This document shows, in pieces, positions 57,874-64,000 of a DNA stretch of 64,000 bases (its first letter is position 1; each line of letters begins with the position of its first letter). Source of the DNA: Blastocladiella emersonii ATCC 22665 (taxonomy: Eukaryota; Fungi; Blastocladiomycota); NCBI GenBank assembly GCA_025594325.1, contig JANHCV010000016.1, positions 1-64,000 on the forward strand, read 5' to 3'. Made by a program: the position numbers and the translations under genes. The notes beneath the pieces are model-generated. The model ran no database searches and was not told where the DNA came from. It saw nothing but the letters and a program-made list of their open reading frames with translations.

Positions 57874-60800
57874 ATGGCGTCGACCGCCTACCACCACCGC
57901 CAGCAACGGCACCCGCACCCGTACGAGCAGCCGCAGCAGCACGACTCGCACTCGTCGCTCGACTCGCTCGAGGCCGCCGAGGCCGCTGCTGCTGCCGCGT
58001 CGCGCGGCGACCGCATCGTCGACATTGACGGCAACGCGACGTTCGAGCCGGCGCTCCTCCGCGGGCCGCACCTGCGGTCGCCGTCGCCTTCGAAGCAGCA
58101 GCACGGCTCGATGCGCGAGCGCGAGCGCGGGTCGAGCCCGACGCGCCGCGACTTGAACCCGACGCGTCGCGAGTCGGCATCGGCATCGTCGAGTACCGGT
58201 GCCGCGCGCACGTCGATCCCGCGACCGTCGTCGCCACCGAGCACACCCACCGCTGCTGCACCCGCCCCCGCGTCGCCGCCCAAGAAGAAGACGCCCGTCC
58301 CGACGTACGTGTGGAGCGGCGGCCGCGCGGGCATCGTGCGCGCCACCGACACGGTCCCGGCGGCGGGCCTGCCGTCGAGCGCGGTCCGCTCGGGCGCTGC
58401 AGTGCGCCGGTCGTCGCCGTCCCCGCCCGTCAGCGCGACGCGACGCCCGGTCTCGCCCGCATCCGCTTCGTCTCCCACCCGCGGCGCGTCGACCACGCCG
58501 CGGCCCGTAGTGCGATCGGGCCCGGTTCCGGCGCCATCTGCCGCCGGTCCGACCGGCTCGCGCTCCAGCAACGGGTCGACGGCGTCCACCTCGTCCTCTA
58601 CGCGCGGCCGTGCCATGAACCAGCAGCAGCAGCAGCCGCCCTCTGCGAGCCCTCGACGCGGCGCGAGCCCGTCCAAGCGCTCCACGTCGCCGCCTCCACC
58701 ACCACCTGCCGATGCTGCTCCTGCGCCACGACCGATCGACGCCCGCGCCAGCATGGGCTCCACCAACATCATCTCGGCCGAGCTCAACGCCGCCCTCTCG
58801 CTGTCCACGTCGGCGCACGACGTGCTGGCCGATGACAGGCAGCCGGCACCCGCATCGCCGCGTGAACGCGAGCCCGTCCACTCGTCGTCGCCGCAGGCCC
58901 TCGCCGACATCCACTACCCGTCCATCGACTCGGACGAGCCGCTCACGCGCCGCGGCCGTGCGCCGCCGCCCGCCATCGATACCAAGGCCGCGAATGCGTC
59001 CACGGCGCCGCTGTCGGTACGGCCCTCCCACATACACTTCACGCCGCCCGCAACTAACCCCATCGCGTGTAGCTCCAGTCACCTACGTCCAACGAGCTCG
59101 TGGACTGGACCGGCGCGCAGTTCGGCGACAACGAGACCCTCTCGATCGGCGACTTTCTCGGCCGCGTGCACCGCCACGGCGAGACCACGGGCCAGTGGTT
59201 CCTGTCGCGCGACACGGTCCACCAGCTGCTGTCCTCGGGCCAGGCCAACGGCACCGTCGACCAGCCCGTCGGCCGCGCCCAGATCATGGCGCTCGTCGCT
59301 ACGCTCACGTCGGCGAGCACCGCGGCGGCAGCACCAGCGACGCCCACGACGCCCGGTATGGTGATGGGGCCCGTCGTGACCCCGACGCGCTCGTTCGGGA
59401 TCCCGTTCGCCCCGCGCGCCGCGACCACCCCGACGCTGTCGCGGCCGTCGCCGCCCGTGTTCGGGCTCACGCGCCAGGCAAGCCTGCGGTCCACTACCAC
59501 CCCGACGACCGCTGCGCCCGTCATCGCCGAGGGCATCCTGTCCTCGTCGCCTGTCCTCGACCCCGACGAGCTACCCGTGGGCGACCCGGCGCTGCACGAG
59601 GACCCGTCCGGCGACCCAACTTCGGCGCACGACCTCGCCTCCGCGTCGACCGGTGGCGCCGCGGCGTGGCTGCCCGTCGACGCGGCGCTCCCACCGCACC
59701 GTTCCCACCACCACGGCCACTCGCGGTCCGCATCCCCGTCGCCCGCCAACTCGCGCTCGCACTCGCCGTCGCCGCGGTACAGCCCGCGCGCGCGCACGCT
59801 GCTGCGCACGCCGCTCGCCGACGTGCAGTCGCGGTACTCGCTCCCCTCGCTGTTCGGCGCGTCGCCCGCGTCGCGCGCCGGGCGGCTGTGGCGCACGCGC
59901 GGGGCGGCGGCCGCTGCGGCGCTCGCGGCCGAACCCGCCTCGACGTCCACCTCACGCGACGATAACGCGGCGCTGATCGACGAGCTGACGGTGCAGCTCG
60001 ACGCGAAAGAGGACGAGCTGCAGCGCCTGCGCGAGCGCGCGAACCGGATCCAGGACGGCGCCAACGCGCACCTCGGCGTCATCGAGATGCACGAGGCCAA
60101 GCTGCGCGAGCTGTCGGACGCGAACGCGGCGCTGCGCGCCGACCTCGCCAAAGCCTCCCGCGTCACGGCCGAGCGCGTCGCGGACGCCGAGGCGCACCGC
60201 GCCAGCGCGGAAAAGGCCAACGACGATAACATGAAGCTCACGGCGCAGGTCGCCGCGCTCCGCCGCACCGCCGAGGAGCTCCGCGCGTGTCTCGACGAGG
60301 CCCTGCAGCGCGAGGGCGCCGCGGCGGCTGACCGCGACGCGCTCGCCATGAAGCTCCGCGACACCATCGCGCATGCCGCCGAGCTCGAGGCCGAGATCGA
60401 GGAGGCCCGCGTCCGCGAGCGCAACGCGCATGCCGAGCTCGTCCACGTCAACACGGCGCTCGCGAGTGCCGAGGCCGCGCACGCCGCGGCGGAAGCGCGC
60501 GCGACCGAGGCCAACGAGGCCGCGGCGGTCGCCGAGTCCCGCGCCGTAGCGGCGGCTATGGCGCTCGAACGCACGGTGGCCTCCATGGAGGCGACGGGCC
60601 CGCGTCGTGCTGACGAGGCCGACGAGGATACCGCGCCGCCGACGGTCAAACCCGCCGCGCACCGGACCGTGCCCCTCGACCCTACCACCACCGCCTCCAC
60701 CACACCGGCGCCGCTCCGCTCGCCGTCGCCCGCGCAGCACCCGCAGAGCCTGGCCGCCGAACTCGGCCGCGTGCGGTCCCCGTCCCCGCCGCGCCGCCGC

Positions 60801-61523
60801 GTGCAGACCATGGAGACGGCGAGCCAGACGGCCGAGTCGGCGCTGCCCGGCGCCAACGACGTGATGACGCGCCTGCGCCACAGCGTGCAGCAGTACCGCC
60901 GGCAGTCGCTCGGGAGCGGTGGTCCGCTGCCCGCGGGGATGGCGGTGCAGACGGACCTCACGGCACCCGACGTCGACGCGCTCGTCGAGTCGGCCACCGT
61001 GTACCGCGCCGACGTGTCCGCGTTCTCCCAGGAGAACCTCGAGCTCCACGAGGCGCTCATGGTCGCGGAGGCCGCGCGGCCAAGGCGGCAAGAGTCGATG
61101 GCGGCGGCGGCGGGGGTGCAGGACGAGGCCGCGTCGCCATCGTCGCCGCTTCCACCAGCACCAGCACCATCAGTACCGCGTGAGGACTCGTTTGTCCAGC
61201 GGTACCTCCACACCTATTTCGGCCTCGACCTGAACCTCAAGTCGCTCGACGCGCGGTTCCACGTGGCCGTGGCCGCCGTCGGGCGGTATGTGCACTACGC
61301 CGTGGTCGCGCAGCTGCTCGTCCTCGGCCTCGTGTTCCTCGTCGCGGAACTTTTCAGCGACCCTGACTCCTCCTCCTCGCCGCCCGTGGCCCTGCACTCG
61401 CCATCCGCGAGCTCGGTCGACGCGGCGCTCCGCCCGTACCGCGTCTCGTCGCCGCACTGGCTGCTCGCGACGGCCGCCGAGTGGCTCGGCGTGTATGAGG
61501 CGGCACCCGGGTTTATCGGGTAG
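57874..61523 (+). CDS. Large disordered plus coiled-coil protein with a C-terminal transmembrane helix (1197 aa, 2 exons)
   Basis: Intron 59017-59072 joins the two long ORFs in frame; coiled coil at about 59970-60590; TM YVHYAVVAQLLVLGLVFLVAELF about 55 aa from the C-terminus. Confidence 0.75.
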
Positions 61524-61841
61524 CAACTGGAACGAATGAAGGAAGAAGATTGCAATACACTCACAAGCACTTGAAACGCGACGCGACGCGACCCGAAGGT
61601 GATGGAGCAGAGTCGGGGACCTGGTCGGGGACAGACGGCAGGAACGTGACGCAGAGCAGGACGGCGAGCGGTCGGATGGTTCGCGAGCACTCGTTCGCGC
61701 TTCGGAGCGCTCGAAAACGTGTTTGCTGCTTCCGCGCAAGCACTCCGCTCACCGCTCTCGTCGGCGAGAAACCTTGGCCGTGCTGCGCTCCCTCTTGAAT
61801 GATCGAATGAATGAACTCTACGGCCAAGGATCTAATCGACC

Positions 61842-62492
61842 ATGGGCAACACGCACTCGGCCTCGCTCGCCTCGCACGCCGCCAGCCCGTTGGCCATCAT
61901 TGACTGCCGGTTCTGCTCGCCGCACGCTGCGCGGCTGCTCGTCAAGTACAACGCGGGCGTGCCCGAGGGCAGCGGTGCCGTCGTGGTCGATGCCTCGACG
62001 GGCGACACGCTCCTCGCCGCCGACCTCGCTTCGCTCTTCGCGTCGGGCGGCAAGGCGAGCGTCTTGGACGCGCACGGTGGGCCCGTGTGTGTTTTCCAAG
62101 TGGACGGCGAGGGTGCTTACACGGTCTCAGTTACTGCAGTCGAGGGCAGTAAGAAGGTATCACGAGTGGTGATGCGGGCGACGGTCAAGCGGCACGGGCG
62201 GCGCAAGGGCGAATTCGCCGTGGCCGTCGAGGTCCACGACCACGGCCCGCTGTTTGTCGAGCTCGCGCGCCCGCGTCGACGGCAGCGCGAGATGGCCAAG
62301 GTGTACTCGGGCCACACAACAGCCGGAGGGCTTCTCGTTGCCGCGGTGGTTCATGGACACGGTGCTGCTCACGTCAAGGCCGCGGTCGAGGTCGACGTAG
62401 CTCCTGGCGTCGATCTCGCGGCGATCGCGATGATGTGTTTTGTCGTAATCGATGTCCAGGACCGGCTAGGGCATGTGTATAGTAAACCCTAA
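61842..62492 (+). CDS. LURP-one-related / tubby C-terminal-like protein, paralog 1
   Basis: MGNTHS start; IIDCRFCSPHAARL resembles the LURP1 N-terminal V..P.FCAP motif; ends EVDVAPGVDLAAIAMMCFVVID, matching the family V.PGVD.A.I..L pattern. Confidence 0.7.
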   Translation: MGNTHSASLASHAASPLAIIDCRFCSPHAARLLVKYNAGVPEGSGAVVVDASTGDTLLAADLASLFASGGKASVLDAHGGPVCVFQVDGEGAYTVSVTAVEGSKKVSRVVMRATVKRHGRRKGEFAVAVEVHDHGPLFVELARPRRRQREMAKVYSGHTTAGGLLVAAVVHGHGAAHVKAAVEVDVAPGVDLAAIAMMCFVVIDVQDRLGHVYSKP

Positions 62493-62756
62493 ACGTTTTG
62501 ATTGACAAGCTGATGAGCTGGGCACGTTCACGCTCCGGCGGAACGGCCTTGAGCAGGGCGGCCTTGTGACCTGAAACGCGACGCGCCGGTGACGCATCCT
62601 GAGTCACCGCCGCACGGACGCCCGCATCAGCGAGGGCCGCTCTGGCATGGCGCGGATTCGTCTCCCGCTCTCCCCCGCCATCCCTCGTCCCTGAATCACG
62701 GCCCCTCTTGTGCTATGCATTCTCGCCTTCCGCATCGAGCAGCTAGCTAGTTAGTC

Positions 62757-63407
62757 ATGGGCAACACGCACTCGCGCTCAGCGCTCACGTCGTACGCCGC
62801 GAACCCTCTGGCCATCATCGACCCCCGGTTCTGTGCCGCCCACCCTGCGCGGCTCGTCGTCAAGTACAACACGGGACTGCCCGAGGGCAGCGGCACGCTC
62901 GTCGCCGACGACACGACGGGCGCCACGGTGCTCGCCGCCGACCTCGCGCCGTTTTTTGCGTCCGGCAGCAAGTCGGAGGTCACGGACGCATATGGCACGC
63001 CCGTGTGCACCCTCCAAGCTGACGGCGAGGGCGGGTACACGGTCACGGCTGCAGCGGATGGCGGCTACGAAAAGCCCAAGACGGTGATGCAGGTCGGCGT
63101 CAAGCACGCTCCGCGGCGGAAGAAGCGGTTTGCGCTCGTCGCTGATATCCCTGGTCGAGGTCTCCTGTACGTCAAGGCCGGTCGGGTGCAACGAGGCGAC
63201 CGCGCTGTCGTCGCCAAGGTGTATTCGGGCCATCCCAAGGCCGGCGGGCTGCTCCTGGCGAGGGTGACGCACGGCCACGCTGAGGTGCTCGCCAGGGCGA
63301 CGGTCGAGGCCGACGTGGCGCCGGGAGTCGATCTCGCCGCGGTCGCGGTCTTGTGTATCATTGCAGTGGATGTCGAGAAGCGCTTGTCGGTGTGGAAGAA
63401 ACAATAG
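62757..63407 (+). CDS. LURP-one-related protein, paralog 2
   Basis: Same length (216 aa) and collinear with paralog 1; IIDPRFCAAHPARL and ADVAPGVDLAAVAVLC. Confidence 0.72.
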   Translation: MGNTHSRSALTSYAANPLAIIDPRFCAAHPARLVVKYNTGLPEGSGTLVADDTTGATVLAADLAPFFASGSKSEVTDAYGTPVCTLQADGEGGYTVTAAADGGYEKPKTVMQVGVKHAPRRKKRFALVADIPGRGLLYVKAGRVQRGDRAVVAKVYSGHPKAGGLLLARVTHGHAEVLARATVEADVAPGVDLAAVAVLCIIAVDVEKRLSVWKKQ

Positions 63408-63883
63408 AGGTGGTTGACGGGGCGAGATCAGACTGGCAATCAGGCACACGGGGCCGTGAGGTGTCCACGCAGGGCAAGTATCGCACAAAAGGAGCGCTGT
63501 GGTCCAAGTGTTGACCACTGAGCCGAGCAGCTGACGCGACGCGTGTCTCCTGCCCCTCGTTATCCCGACATACAACGCAAACCGCGTTCATCAAGACTAG
63601 ACGCGATACCGCATCAGCATTGTGTTTCCCGATGAGATGCACCATGAAAGTCCATCGCGAGTCCCTGCAACGCGTCGCGCGACGCGTCGTTCATCTCATC
63701 GCGGCTCGGCTTGCCCGACCACTCGCCGCTCGCGCACCCCGCCACCTCCTATGAACCGCGGGCTTGCAACATTCTGCCGCCCTTCTTCAACGCTTCGCTG
63801 CACGCCCTAGAAGCCTTCCTGCGCCCTTCGCCCCGTCCACACTCTTCCAGCCCGCGACATCGACCATCCAGCAACTACGAACG

Positions 63884-64000
63884 ATGGGGAACGCTTCCTC
63901 GACCCCGTCACTGGCCGCCCGCCGCCACCGCGGCCTGACGTCGTACGCCTCGAACCCGCTGGCCGTCGTCTCCCCGCTCTTCGTCACGCGCGCCGCGACC
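63884..64000 (+). CDS. LURP-one-related protein, paralog 3 (5' part only, truncated by the window edge)
   Basis: MGNASS..LTSYASNPLAVVSPLF matches paralog 2 (LTSYAANPLAIIDPRF). Confidence 0.7.
   Translation, partial: MGNASSTPSLAARRHRGLTSYASNPLAVVSPLFVTRAAT

Noticed and set aside
59054-61213. 719-aa minus-strand ORF
   Set aside because: Antisense shadow of the coiled-coil gene.

Overview
GC-rich, gene-dense eukaryotic DNA with short introns (mostly 55-85 nt, GTACGY..CTRAC..YAG). It is most likely from a zoosporic fungus (Blastocladiomycota-like; inferred from the LRRCC1/VFL1 centriole gene, ERH, Spa2 and intron style). About 27 protein-coding loci and two tRNA-Ala(TGC) copies are supported. 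Main observations: (1) a spliceable 7-exon gene (10116-15051, minus, 1525 aa) fuses four tandem Ran-binding domains to a complete eIF2B-delta paralog and lies between its apparent parents, a RanBP1 gene and a canonical eIF2B-delta gene; (2) a near-perfect 3457-bp inverted repeat pair (20712-24168 / 29164-32620), each arm carrying a tRNA-Ala and a TATA-driven (Gln-Ser)n amyloid-like protein gene, brackets two cytochrome P450 genes; (3) an EPT1/CPT1 gene ends in a TGA-CTA readthrough context followed by an in-frame 88-codon extension; (4) a double GATA finger protein has the animal-type 29-residue linker; (5) there are paralog sets of four P450s (one with a premature TAG, one needing a GC-AG intron), two SRA-domain genes and three myristoylation-motif LURP-one-like genes. 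All gene models were spliced by eye and family calls come from remembered motifs; no database searches were run.
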